Assembly: GCA_963803435.1 (NCBI GenBank)
Contig: CAWDML010000001.1
Location: forward strand, 2,400,001 to 2,464,000
Length of the DNA: 64,000 nt
Reading direction: 5' to 3'
Source of the DNA: an uncultured delta proteobacterium
Lineage (GTDB): Bacteria > Myxococcota > Kuafuiibacteriia > Kuafuiibacteriales > Kuafuiibacteriaceae
Shown here: positions 40,543 to 51,121 of the stretch, piece after piece
Numbering within the stretch: position 1 is the first letter of the stretch
How the letters are laid out: each line of letters starts with the position of its first letter
Made by a program: the position numbers and the translations under genes
The notes under the pieces: generated by a model
What the model was told of the DNA's origin: nothing
The model's input: the letters and a program-made list of their open reading frames with translations, nothing else
Database searches by the model: none

Positions 40543-43284
40543 ATGAGCGGGGCGTTCGGCGACTATTTCGACGTCCGGGAGGGGGAGGGACCGCTGGTCC
40601 TACAGACGACACTCACCCTCGCCGGCCTGATCGCAGCGCACACGATGCTGGAGACGGCCCGGGACGCGCTGTTCCTGGGTGAGCTGACCGCGAACCGACT
40701 TCCGCTGGTTTACGTGCTCCTGGCGGGGCTCTCGATCATCGTCGCAAAAACGAACGCTCGCTTCACCGAGAGCTTCGGACGCCGCAACGGCCTGATCATC
40801 ACGCTCCTCGGCGCCGCCTACGGCACGATCCTCATCTTCCTCCTGCCCGAGTCCAAGGCCTCGATCTTCGGCCTCTATGTGTGGAGCGCCACGCTCGGGA
40901 CCGTGATGGTCGTCCAGTTCTGGATGTACCTCGGGAGCGTCTTCACGGTCTCGCAGGGCTCCCGACTCTTCGGGCTGGTGACCTCGGGCGGCGTGCTGGG
41001 CGCGGTCCTGGGCGCCTCGCTGTCGGTTCTGGTGCTGCGCCTGTTGCCGGTGTCGTCCCTGCTCCTGATCTCGTCGGGCATCTTCCTCCTCACCGCGCTC
41101 GGGCTGACGAGCCTGAGCGTCGACGCCCCGGAGGCGCCCTCGAAGCGCCGGCGGGACCCGCCGATCGCCTCCGGCTTCGGTCTCTTCAAGCAGCACCCCT
41201 ACCTGGTGCGGATCGCAGGGCTGCTCACGATCTCCACCGCGGCGGTGCTGGTCACCGACTACCTGTTCAAGTCGGCGGCCGCCTCTCACTACCGCCCCGA
41301 GGAGCTGGGCCGATTCTTCGCCAGCTACTACGCGGGTCTCAACGCCGTCGCGCTGGTGGTGCAGGTCTTCATCGCGGGACGCCTCGTCGATCGCGCCGGC
41401 GTGATCAGCGCCTTCCTCGTCCTCCCCGTCCTGCTCAGCGCCGGCGGTATCGGCACGCTGATCCTCGGCGGCGCGTTCATGGCGGTGCTGCTGACCAAGG
41501 GCGCCGACGGCTCACTGCGACACTCGCTGCACCGCATCTCGACGGAGCTCCTCTGGCTCCCGCTCCCCGACTCCGTGCGCGCGCGGAGCAAGGCCTTCGT
41601 CGACACGGTGGTGGTGCGGAGCACGCAGGCGCTGGTCGCCGGGCTGCTGCTCGTGCTGTCGATGTTCGCGCTCGACTCGGTGCCGATCCTGGCTGCGGTG
41701 GTGGCGGTCCTCTCGATCGTCTGGATCGCGTGGGCGTTCTCGCTCCGGGGGCCGTACCTCGATCTCTTCCGCCGGGCGCTCAACCGCAGCACGCCCGACG
41801 AGAAGCGACACCTCCAGCTGGACCTGAATGCGATCGAGGTCGTCGTCGAGCGGCTGTCGAGCCGCGATCCCGGCGAGGTGATCGCGGCGATCGATCTGCT
41901 CGCCGCCAGCCACCGCGCGCGGCTGATCCCTGGGCTGATCCTGTATCACGAGGACGAGTCCGTCCTGATCCGCGCCCTCGGCGTGGTCGGAACGCCCGAT
42001 CGGCGCGACTGGATCCCGCTCGCCGAGCGCCTGCTGGATCACCGCTCGCCCAAGGTCCGCGTGGCGGCGCTCCGGGCGCTGGCTCGGACCGGCGACCGCA
42101 AGTCGATCGAGGCGCGCATGCTCGACATCAGCCCGTACGTCCGGGCCCACGCCGCGTTCTGGTTGGCGAACCTTCAGGAGGACGCGCCGCCGATCGACGA
42201 TCCCGGGGTGGCGCAGATCCTCGAGATGGGCGCGTGGGCGGCGGGCGGCGACGCGCAGGTGGGCCTTCTCGAGGCGATCCGCGCCGGCGGCGACGAGCGC
42301 TGGATCGACGTGATCGCCGTGCTGGCTGCGTCGGAGGACCAGCGCGTCTCGGAGGCGGCCGTCCTCGCCATCGGGAAGGTGCGCGACGAACGATTCCTCC
42401 CCTTGTTGATCGACCGGCTGGGGATGCGCTCGAGCCGCGACGTGGTGCGCGAGGCGATCGTCGCGCTCGGCGATCCGGCACTCGACGCCCTCGAGAAGGC
42501 GCTCTCGGATCGATCCACCGCGCGCGCGATCCGCCGCCACCTCCCGCGCACGATCTCGCGCTGCACCGTCCAGCGCGCCGCCGACATCCTCACGCGGCAG
42601 CTCCTCGCGGAGGAGGACGGGACCGTGCGCTTCAAGATCCTGCGGGGGCTGGGGCGGCTGGCGGCCGAGCCGTCCATCCGGATCGATCGAGAGGCGATCG
42701 AGCGACGGATGAACGCGGAGTTGATCGAGCACATGCGACTTCAGTCGCTGTGCGCTCCGATCCAGCGCGACCTCGCGCAGAGCCCGGACGCGCGGATGAG
42801 CGGCCGCCTGCTGGTGGGGCTCCTCACGGACAAGATGGACCAGGCGCTCGAGCGCGTGTTCCGGCTGCTGCAGATCTCTCACCGCAACGAGGACATCCGC
42901 AGCGTGGCGTTCGCGGCCCGCTCCCGGGACAAGCGCGTGCGCGCGCAGGCGCTCGAGTTCGTGTCGACGTTGACGCTGTCGTCGTCGATCCCCGAGAACC
43001 GCGAGCTGCTACGGATCATCATCGACGACCTCTCGCCCGAGGAGCGCCTGCGCCGCGCCGCCGTCTACATCCCGGGTGCGCCGCAGACGCATCGCTCGGC
43101 GGTCCTGAAGCTGCTCGAGGACGAGGACGAGGCGCTCGCCGGAATCGCCACCTACCACGGGCTGCAGATCGGCGGGCTCAAGCAGGAGGTCCTCAACATC
43201 TCCAAGGACAGCCCGCTGTGGAAGCAGGTGAAGGCCATGCTCGAGGGTGTATCCGGCCTGCGCGAGGTGCCCAATGTCGCGTGA
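40543..43284 (+). CDS. Npt1/Npt2 (AAA-family)-like transporter fused to HEAT repeats
   Basis: ETARDALFL, QFW, RLFG...GG.LG, DYLFK, LRHSL....ELLWLP..R...K..VD; HEAT repeats follow. Confidence 0.85.
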   Translation: MSGAFGDYFDVREGEGPLVLQTTLTLAGLIAAHTMLETARDALFLGELTANRLPLVYVLLAGLSIIVAKTNARFTESFGRRNGLIITLLGAAYGTILIFLLPESKASIFGLYVWSATLGTVMVVQFWMYLGSVFTVSQGSRLFGLVTSGGVLGAVLGASLSVLVLRLLPVSSLLLISSGIFLLTALGLTSLSVDAPEAPSKRRRDPPIASGFGLFKQHPYLVRIAGLLTISTAAVLVTDYLFKSAAASHYRPEELGRFFASYYAGLNAVALVVQVFIAGRLVDRAGVISAFLVLPVLLSAGGIGTLILGGAFMAVLLTKGADGSLRHSLHRISTELLWLPLPDSVRARSKAFVDTVVVRSTQALVAGLLLVLSMFALDSVPILAAVVAVLSIVWIAWAFSLRGPYLDLFRRALNRSTPDEKRHLQLDLNAIEVVVERLSSRDPGEVIAAIDLLAASHRARLIPGLILYHEDESVLIRALGVVGTPDRRDWIPLAERLLDHRSPKVRVAALRALARTGDRKSIEARMLDISPYVRAHAAFWLANLQEDAPPIDDPGVAQILEMGAWAAGGDAQVGLLEAIRAGGDERWIDVIAVLAASEDQRVSEAAVLAIGKVRDERFLPLLIDRLGMRSSRDVVREAIVALGDPALDALEKALSDRSTARAIRRHLPRTISRCTVQRAADILTRQLLAEEDGTVRFKILRGLGRLAAEPSIRIDREAIERRMNAELIEHMRLQSLCAPIQRDLAQSPDARMSGRLLVGLLTDKMDQALERVFRLLQISHRNEDIRSVAFAARSRDKRVRAQALEFVSTLTLSSSIPENRELLRIIIDDLSPEERLRRAAVYIPGAPQTHRSAVLKLLEDEDEALAGIATYHGLQIGGLKQEVLNISKDSPLWKQVKAMLEGVSGLREVPNVA

Positions 43285-44242
43285 CGACGCGGTCCAACGC
43301 GAGCTCTTCATCCGCACGTTCTTTGCCATGGCTGCGCCCGAGCGCGTGACCAACCAGCTGGTCGCCAGCATGCGCGACGTCGAGTTCCCCGCCGGCGCGA
43401 TCATCTTCCACGCCGGCGACCCGCCCGATCAGCTCTTCTTCGTCTCGAGCGGCACGGTGCGGCTCGAGGCCGAGGGCGAGAAGCCGTGGACGTTCGAGAC
43501 GACCTCGGTGATCGGCATTCTCGACGCCGCGCTCCAGCGCAACCACGCGCGCACCGCGGTGGCGGGGACCGAGGTCCACGCGATCGTGATCGACTTCGAG
43601 GACTATGCCGAGATCATGGAGGACAACTTCGACTTCACCCGGATCGAGATGATCCAGGCGGCCCGGGCCATCCATCAGCTATCGCTGAAGCTACCCTCCA
43701 GTCGCGTCTTTCCCTCCGCGGAGCTGGAGAACCCCGCCGGGATCGAGATCGTGCGGGCGGGTCGCCCGCTCAACCAGATCGAACGGCTGGTGGTGCTGCA
43801 CAACGCACGGTACTTCACGAACGCGCCCATCCAAGCCCTGGTGACGCTGGCGAAGGTCGCGAAGGAAGAGACCTGGAAGTCCGATGACGTGCTCTTCCAG
43901 CCTGGAGATCCGACGCACGAGATCCGGATCGTGTCGTCCGGCGAGATCAGGATCACCCGCGACTATCCTTCGATCGAGGCGGTGTTCGCTGCCGGCGGAT
44001 TGATCTGCGCGACCGCCGCCATCGGTTGCGAAGTCTACGAGTACACGGCGACCGCGCTGACCGAGGCGACCACGCTCGTCATCCTCAAGGAGGATCTGTT
44101 CGACGTGATGGAGGATCACTTCGGCCTCGGTATGACGCTGTTCGGGTTCGTCGCCCGGGAGAACGAACGGATCCGCGGCCAGCTCGTCGCCGAGGACAGG
44201 CGCCCCGAGACTGAACCGACGGCCGTGGCCGTGACCGGGTGA
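43274..44242 (+). CDS. Tandem cyclic-nucleotide-binding domain protein
   Basis: IFHAGDP.D.LFFV.SG.V and LFQPGDP....IV.SGEI; overlaps the transporter stop. Confidence 0.82.
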   Translation: MSRDDAVQRELFIRTFFAMAAPERVTNQLVASMRDVEFPAGAIIFHAGDPPDQLFFVSSGTVRLEAEGEKPWTFETTSVIGILDAALQRNHARTAVAGTEVHAIVIDFEDYAEIMEDNFDFTRIEMIQAARAIHQLSLKLPSSRVFPSAELENPAGIEIVRAGRPLNQIERLVVLHNARYFTNAPIQALVTLAKVAKEETWKSDDVLFQPGDPTHEIRIVSSGEIRITRDYPSIEAVFAAGGLICATAAIGCEVYEYTATALTEATTLVILKEDLFDVMEDHFGLGMTLFGFVARENERIRGQLVAEDRRPETEPTAVAVTG

Positions 44243-44907
44243 AGCTTCCCGGGACAGCCCTCGTCCTGCCGGCGGTGGTGGCGTCGGCGGCGTGCGCGAC
44301 GGCGAGACCCCTGGTGCCGCTCGGCGAGGGACAGGTCGCGATCGACGGCGCGGCGCCTTCGGTCGTGTTCGCGTCGAGCCCGCCGATCCGCGTGCCGAGC
44401 CCGACCATCGGCGTGCGCTACGGCGTGACCGACACGAGCGAGGTGCGGCTGACGTTTCATCCGCTGCACCTGTTCCTCGAGCACCGCCCGATCCTCGGGC
44501 TGGGCGGGGGCGGCATCTTCCACCTCTCGCCGGCGGACGGATGGGTGCCGGCGCTCCACTTCACCGCCGACCTGACGCTGTTCGTGCCCCTGAAGGGCGG
44601 CGGCGGACCTGCCGCCATCGCGATCGGTGACGCGGCGGTCCTGGTGCACTGGGAGCCGTGGAGGTGGCTGTTCCCGTACCTCGCGTTCGACGCCGCGGCC
44701 GCGAGCCACCAGCGGGAACCGATCACCTCCCTGTATGCGGGGCTCCAGCTGTGGCCTCGGGGCATCCTGGAGTTCTCCCTCGAGCTGGGCTGGTTCGCCT
44801 TCTCCATCCCGCGGGACGAGCTGACGCTGCCGCTGGTGGGGCCGGCGCGCGGCGTCTGGTACGTGGGGTCGGCGATCTCGCTTCGCCTGGGACGGAGGTC
44901 ACCGTGA
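44239..44907 (+). CDS. Putative lipoprotein with beta-rich fold
   Basis: SAAC..ARPL..G motif; GTGA coupling. Confidence 0.6.
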   Translation: MKLPGTALVLPAVVASAACATARPLVPLGEGQVAIDGAAPSVVFASSPPIRVPSPTIGVRYGVTDTSEVRLTFHPLHLFLEHRPILGLGGGGIFHLSPADGWVPALHFTADLTLFVPLKGGGGPAAIAIGDAAVLVHWEPWRWLFPYLAFDAAAASHQREPITSLYAGLQLWPRGILEFSLELGWFAFSIPRDELTLPLVGPARGVWYVGSAISLRLGRRSP

Positions 44908-45701
44908 GATCGATGTTGCTGGTGCTGCTCGGCTGCGCCTCTTGCGTGAACGCGGACCGATTCATCGTCTTCATCCCGAAGCAGGTCGACGCGTACGAGC
45001 TGCCCGACAACCGGATACCGGCCGATCAGCTGGAGGAGATCGAGCTGACGGCCAGCGACGGCACGCGGCTGTTCGCGATGCTCGCCTCGCAGCCGACGCC
45101 GGCGCGGACGATGCTCTTCTGCCACGGACAGGCCGAGAACATCGACGAGGCCTGGGGTCGCACCATGGCGCTGTTCGATCAGGGCTACTCGGTGCTGGTC
45201 CTCGACTATCGCGGATACGGGAAGAGCGACGGTGAGCCGAGCGAGGAGGGGCTCTACCTCGACGCGCAGGCCGCGTTGGACCTCCTGATCGATCGCGGCG
45301 TCACCCGCTCGGATCTGGTGATCGTAGGCTTCTCGATGGGAACCGGCGTGGCGACGGAGCTCGCCTTCACGAACGACGCGGCGGCGCTGGTGCTGGGCGC
45401 GCCGTTCACCTCGATGCGCGAGCTGGTCGAGGGCTCCGCGCCCGGCGGGGTCCCGCACGATTGGATCTCCACGGTCGAGATGGACACGCTCGCGCGGATC
45501 CCGACCATCGGCGAGCCCCTGGTGGTGGCGCACAGCCGGGACGACCCCCGGATCCCGTTCCGCATGGGCCAGCAGGTCTTCCGGAGCGCAGCCGAGCCGA
45601 AGATCTTCCTCTCGTTCGACGATGCAGGTCACGGCGGGTTGATCATCCGGGCGGCACCCGAGATCGGTAGCGCCCTCACGCGTCTGCTCGGCCCCATGTA
45701 G
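44904..45701 (+). CDS. Alpha/beta hydrolase (ABHD13/Bem46-like)
   Basis: FCHG.AENI, DYRGYGKS.G.PSE.GLY.D, GFSMGTG, HS..D, AGH. Confidence 0.88.
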   Translation: MRSMLLVLLGCASCVNADRFIVFIPKQVDAYELPDNRIPADQLEEIELTASDGTRLFAMLASQPTPARTMLFCHGQAENIDEAWGRTMALFDQGYSVLVLDYRGYGKSDGEPSEEGLYLDAQAALDLLIDRGVTRSDLVIVGFSMGTGVATELAFTNDAAALVLGAPFTSMRELVEGSAPGGVPHDWISTVEMDTLARIPTIGEPLVVAHSRDDPRIPFRMGQQVFRSAAEPKIFLSFDDAGHGGLIIRAAPEIGSALTRLLGPM

Positions 45702-45753
45702 GAGGTCGGGAGCTACCAAAGCGGGCTGCGCTTGCTTCAAGCTCGATGGGCCA

Positions 45754-46719
45754 ATGGATCTGTCGCGCATGCTCGCCAAGTGCGTCCGCGATCAGTGGTC
45801 GATCAGCGATCTCGACTTCGACCGTCCTCCCCGGCCGATGAGCCGAGCGGACGAGATCTCGGTCTGCCAGTATTTCACCAACATGGCCGGAATCGAGCGT
45901 CTGGCCGGAGCGCTGTTCCGCGAGCAACGGCTGCGCGCGAAGATGCCTGCGCTCCGGGAGATCTTTCGGACGTTCGAGATCGACGAGCTCCGCCACTCGC
46001 ACGTGGCGCGGCTGCTCTCCGATCACTACGACGTGCATCATTACCGCGACTACCAACCCGATCCGCACCTGGTGAAGTTCGCGCCTGCGTTCGTGAACGC
46101 GATCCGCTATCTGACACCCGAGGTCGCGAACACGTACATCACGTGTGGCGAGATCATCCTCGATGTGGCCCTCCTCCGCTCGCTGAACGACTTCGTCAAC
46201 GACCCGTTGAGCGATCGAGCCATGGGCTTGATCAACCGCGACGAGTCGCGACACATCGCCGTCGACTTCCACATGATCGACTACTACTCCTCGGAGTCGT
46301 ATCTGGACGACCTGAAGCGGCTACCGCGGTTGTCGATCCGGCACCGCGCCGAGGGCTGGGCAGCGCTCGCCCGCATGCTCTTCCACGCACGCCCGTTCCT
46401 GAAGGCCGTGTTCTTCGAGCCCATGGATCTGGTCGATCCCACCGGGCGCCGTCTCAAGGAGGCGTTCAAGCGGATCCAGCTCATCGGCACCAAGCCGCGT
46501 GTGCGGAAGCGCCCGTTCGTGCGGTTCATGCTCGCCATGCAGGAGCTCTTCAACACGCCCATGGTCGGGATCGTATTCGGGCGCGCGCTGATCCGGGTGG
46601 TGGGCGTCGACCCCCGGGTCATGCGGACGCTCTACGACGACGACGAGAAGCACCGCGCCCAGGCCGCCAGCTTCGACGCCCTCGCGGAGGAGACGCTCCA
46701 GCTCAAATATCAGTGCTGA
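45754..46719 (+). CDS. Ferritin-like diiron protein
   Basis: GIE..DELRH..GE..DESRH paired ExxH motifs. Confidence 0.75.
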   Translation: MDLSRMLAKCVRDQWSISDLDFDRPPRPMSRADEISVCQYFTNMAGIERLAGALFREQRLRAKMPALREIFRTFEIDELRHSHVARLLSDHYDVHHYRDYQPDPHLVKFAPAFVNAIRYLTPEVANTYITCGEIILDVALLRSLNDFVNDPLSDRAMGLINRDESRHIAVDFHMIDYYSSESYLDDLKRLPRLSIRHRAEGWAALARMLFHARPFLKAVFFEPMDLVDPTGRRLKEAFKRIQLIGTKPRVRKRPFVRFMLAMQELFNTPMVGIVFGRALIRVVGVDPRVMRTLYDDDEKHRAQAASFDALAEETLQLKYQC

Positions 46720-46747
46720 CCGCCATGGCGAAACGCAGCACCGCCGC

Positions 46748-46762
46748 CGGCACATGGGTTGC
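46748..46762 (+). promoter_or_regulatory. Putative sigma54 promoter
   Basis: CGGCACATGGGTTGC, 23 nt before ATG 46786. Confidence 0.55.
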
Positions 46763-46785
46763 ACGCGTCTTCGGTAGGTCGAGCC

Positions 46786-47820
46786 ATGGATGGGAGACGG
46801 AACGTCGGGTGGAACCAAGGCCTCACGGGAACGCTGATCGAGGGGCGCTATCAGGTGCTGAAGCGCCTCGGGGCGGGGGGGATGGGCACCGTCTACGCGG
46901 CCCGCGACCTGACGCTGGAGCGGGACGTGGCGATCAAGATCGGCCGCCCCGGCGCCAGCACGATCGAGGTCGAACGCTTCCTGCGCGAGGGTCGGATGGT
47001 GGCGCGCCTCGATCACGCCAACATCGTCAGGGTCTTCAATCTGGGACGGCTGCCCGGCGGGCGGCCGTACATGGTGATGGAGCTGCTCGAGGGCCGGACC
47101 TTCGGCGAGGTCTTCCGCGAGGGTCCGGTGGAGCTGAGCCGGATCATCGATCGCCTCTGGGAGATCGGGACCGCGCTCGACTTCATCCACGCGCGCGGCG
47201 TCGTTCACCGTGATCTCAAGCTCGACAACCTGATGCTGGTCCGCCGCAGCGACGGCCGCGAGGTCGCGAAGGTCTTCGACTTCGGGATCGCCGTCGATCG
47301 AAACGACACCGCCGGGAGGCTCACGCGCGACGGGAGCATCATGGGCACGCCGCTCTACATCGCGCCCGAGCTCGTCGAGACGGACCGGCTGGGGCCCAGC
47401 ACCGACATCTATGCGTTCGGCGTGGTCATCTATCAGCTCCTCACCGCGGTTCCGCCGTTCGAGGCGCGCTCGCCGATCGAGCTGCTCCGGCTCAAGGTGG
47501 ATCGCGCAGCGCCGCTGGTGTCGTCGCAGCGGCGCGGCATCACCCGCGACCTCGACGCGGTGGTCGCCCGCGCCCTGGCCCGTCGTCCGGAGGACCGCTA
47601 CCCCACGGCCGGCGAGCTGGTGCGCGGCCTGGCCCGCGCCCTCCCGCTGCGAACGCCCGAGCCCGCCCGTCCCAACCGCCAGCTGGCGATCGCCGGTTCG
47701 GTGGCGTTCATCCTGGCGGCGCTGATCAGCGGCTACGCGACGCTGGCGGCGCACCACATCGAGGCGCGATCGGTCGCCGCCTCCGGCACCGAGGTCGCGA
47801 TGGGCCGAGACCCGAACTGA
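46786..47820 (+). CDS. Ser/Thr protein kinase with C-terminal TM
   Basis: GAGGMG, VAIK, HRDLKLDN, DFG, GTPLYIAPE. Confidence 0.9.
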   Translation: MDGRRNVGWNQGLTGTLIEGRYQVLKRLGAGGMGTVYAARDLTLERDVAIKIGRPGASTIEVERFLREGRMVARLDHANIVRVFNLGRLPGGRPYMVMELLEGRTFGEVFREGPVELSRIIDRLWEIGTALDFIHARGVVHRDLKLDNLMLVRRSDGREVAKVFDFGIAVDRNDTAGRLTRDGSIMGTPLYIAPELVETDRLGPSTDIYAFGVVIYQLLTAVPPFEARSPIELLRLKVDRAAPLVSSQRRGITRDLDAVVARALARRPEDRYPTAGELVRGLARALPLRTPEPARPNRQLAIAGSVAFILAALISGYATLAAHHIEARSVAASGTEVAMGRDPN

Positions 47821-47823
47821 GCG

Positions 47824-49292
47824 TCAGGCCCGAAGATAGCGGTAGTACTCGATCCCGGTCTCGTCGAAGTCGTTGGACCGATCGCCGACGCGGTCGATCA
47901 CGAACTCCTCCTCGGCCAGCTCGGGAAGGTCGGCGCGGCGGCCGCCGTGGAGCGCATCGTACTGCGCCTCCGTCAGGTCGACCGCGCCCTCGAAGCTGGC
48001 CGCGAATCCGATCCGCCGCGCCGCGCTCCGCCAGCCCGGACGGACGCGCATCGGGATCGCCTCGGCCGCGTCGCCACTGCCGTACCCGATCGCCAGGAGC
48101 GGCTGACCTTCGAGGGCCGCGCCCTCCTCCGCAGCGTGCTCCATGCCGGCGGCCAGCCACCCGGGAAGCGCGGCCGTGTACAGATTGCCGACGTCCTTCA
48201 TCAGCTCGGCGCCGAGCCGCATCTTGGAGCCGACGATCTCCTCATAGACCGGCGAGGTCCTGAAGGCGCGCAGCACCTCCATGCCGAGCGGATAGACCTC
48301 GTCGTTCATGCGGCGCTCCTCGACCAGCGTGAACAGACGGGGCGACGACTCCATCTCCTCGGTCAGCGCCGCCAGCGAGACCTTGGCGAGGTCGGCGTAG
48401 GCCGCCAGCTCGGCGCGATCCTCGGCGCTTCCGTGGGCCAGGCCGAACAGGTAGCCGAGCGCCCAGCCGGTCTCGGGCATGCGCGCGTAGGGGCGGTGCA
48501 TGAAGGCGGCGGCGAGGTCACGGAAGTAGTCGCCGCGCGAGGCGCCGTTCTTGGTGAACATGTCGTCGAGTGCAGCCAGGACCTGATCCACGTAGCAGGT
48601 CGTCGAGTACTTGCCGTTGAACACGGGGAAGTCGCGCAGGTGGCCGGACTCCGGCGGCGACTGGTGTGTGTAGCGGATGAACGGCTTGCGGAAGTCCGGC
48701 CCGCGATAGTCGGAGGCGCTGCCGGCGTGGACCAGATCGAGCTCCAGCAGCCGGGCCTCGCCGTCGAGCAGCATCGCCACCGCGCCCGCGCCCTGCGTGG
48801 GCTCGCCGGTCGAGCCTCGCTCGTACTCCGCGATGTCGGAGCAGACCACGATCGCCTTCTTGTTCCGGCCGTCGAGCGCGAGATAGCGCGCGGCCGCCTT
48901 CATCGCGTAGACCCCGCCGAGGCACGCATGCTTGAACTCGGGGACCTCGCAGCTGCGGTTGAGCTCCGGCTGGCCTTCCTCGCGAAGCGCGGAGTCGACC
49001 ATGCCCTTCACGATCACGGCGCCGGCCGAGTTGTCGGTGCTCGACTCGGTCCCGAGCGCGAGATAGCCGATCGAGCGCGGGTCGACGTCGTTCTGACGGA
49101 TCAGCCGGAGGACCGCGCTCGCCGCCATCGTGTAGACGTTCTGGCGCGGGCCCCGCATGCGGAAGCTGCTGCCGACGACCGCGCGGATCTTGTCGGCCAG
49201 GGCTGCCCCGTCCACTCGCACCAGCGCTCGAGCTGGACCCGGTAGGGTGGAAGGTAAGTTGCGAATCCACTGATACCCAGGGTTTGTGACAT
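47824..49292 (-). CDS. mvaS: Hydroxymethylglutaryl-CoA synthase; frameshift near 49195
   Basis: MSQTLGISGFATYLPPYRV N-terminus; GTES.TD, EFKHACLGG, GEPTQGAGAVAML, HRPY, GNLYT, GYGSG. Confidence 0.85.
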
Positions 49293-49353
49293 CTCGCGGC
49301 GGTGCGTACGCCAAAACGCGCGGAAAGGTCCATCAAAAGCTACATTCGAATTC

Positions 49354-51059
49354 GTGGCTCCGAGCGACCGGCTCGACGCGCTGGTGCGGCTCCAGAAGCG
49401 CCGGCTCGCGCTCGCGATTCACGACGCCAGCTTCCCCGCCGATGCCGACGAAAACGTCGGGCGTGGCTCACCGTACGATCGGGGCGCGCTGCGCTTTCTC
49501 GAGCGTATGAGGACGCTCGGCTTCAACGCGATCCAGCTGGGGCCGCAGGGGCAGACCTCGCGCGACAATCGCTCTCCGTACGACAGCACCGCGTTCTCTC
49601 GAAGCTGGATGTCGATCGCGCTTGGACCGCTGGTCGAGCGCGGTTGGCTTCCGCGTGAGACCCTCGACTCCGCGGTCGAGCACGCCCAAGGGGACACTCC
49701 CCATGCGAACGTCTACGACGAGATCCGAGCGGCGCTGGAGACCGTCTACCGTCGGGCCTCGAGCGAGGTTGCAAGCGAGCTTGCAGAGTATCGCTCGCGC
49801 CACCGGTCCTGGCTCGAGCCCGACGGCCTCTACGACGCGATCGAGTCGCTCCAGGGCGGGAGACACTGGCGCGACTGGCCGGAGCCGCTCCAGCGCTGTC
49901 GGCCGATGCCAGAGCACGAGCTGGCGGTCGACCGCTGGGCGCTCTGGCAGATGATCGCAGAAGCGCAGCACCGGGCGCTCTTCGACGCGTGTCGACGGAT
50001 CGGGCTCGCGCTCTTCGGCGATCTCCAGGTGGGCTGGGCCGCGCGTGACGTCTGGCGGGCGCGCGCGCTGTTCCTCGAGCCGTGGCGCATGGGCGCACCG
50101 CCGAGCCGCACCAACCCGGAGGGTCAGGCCTGGGGCTATCCGGTCCTCGATCCCGACCGCTACGACGAGGGCGGGCTCGCGCTGTTGACGTCGCGCATCG
50201 AGCGGATGAGCTGGGCATACGACGCGATCCGGATCGATCATCCGCACGGCCTCGTCTGTCCGTGGGTGTACACGGACGACGTCGTCGCCGGAGGGCGCCT
50301 GTTCGGCTCACCGGAGCGCCCGGACCTGGCGCACCACGCCATCACGCGGATCGATCAGCTCGATCTCGAGGTCGTCCCCTGGGCCGACGGCCGCGAGCGC
50401 GGGCTCGACGCGTCGCAGATGATCGGTACTCGCGGCTATTCGACGCCGTCGCCGAGCACTGCGACGCGCTGGTCTGCGAGGTGCTGAGCACGCAGCCCCG
50501 ACCGCTCGCCGAGGTGATGGCGCGCCACCACCTGGGCCGCTTCCGCGTGACGCAGAAGGCGAACCTCGACGATCCGTCCGACGTCTACCGGAGCGAGAAC
50601 GCCAGGCCCGAGGACTGGATCATGGTCGGAACGCACGACACGCAGCCGATCTGGCTGCTCGCCCGCGACTGGGAGACCCGCGGGTTGGCCAAGGCCCAGG
50701 CCGACTACCTCGCGCGCCGCCTGCGCCCCCGCGCCGAGCCGGTCGAGCTCGAGCGCTTCGCCGCCGAGCTCGCGAGCGATCGGAGGAAGCTGGTGCACGC
50801 CAAGGTGGCCGACCTCTTCGTCAGCGAGGCCGAGAACGTGATGATCTTCTTCGCGGACCTCTTTGGGCTCGAGGAGATCTACAACCGCCCCGGCGTGGTC
50901 GATGAGAGGAACTGGACCCTGCGCGTAACGGACTGGGTACCTGCGCTCGATCTGGACGCCGTGCTCTGGCTGGCGCTCGAGACGCGCGGTCTGACGAGCC
51001 ACGGCCTCGCGGAGCGATTGCGCCCGGCCTGGTGGTCCTGGCCGTCATCGGCGACGTGA
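49354..51059 (+). CDS. malQ: 4-alpha-glucanotransferase (GH77); frameshift near 50420
   Basis: SPY.S.AF, GDLQVG, GAPP..GQ.WGYP, RIDH..G, GTHD, NRPG..NW..R. Confidence 0.85.
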
Positions 51060-51121
51060 AGTCGCCTTCCCGTCTACGCGTCGCGCTCGGTGCTTCGTGA
51101 TTCCAGAGGCGGATCGGTCGG

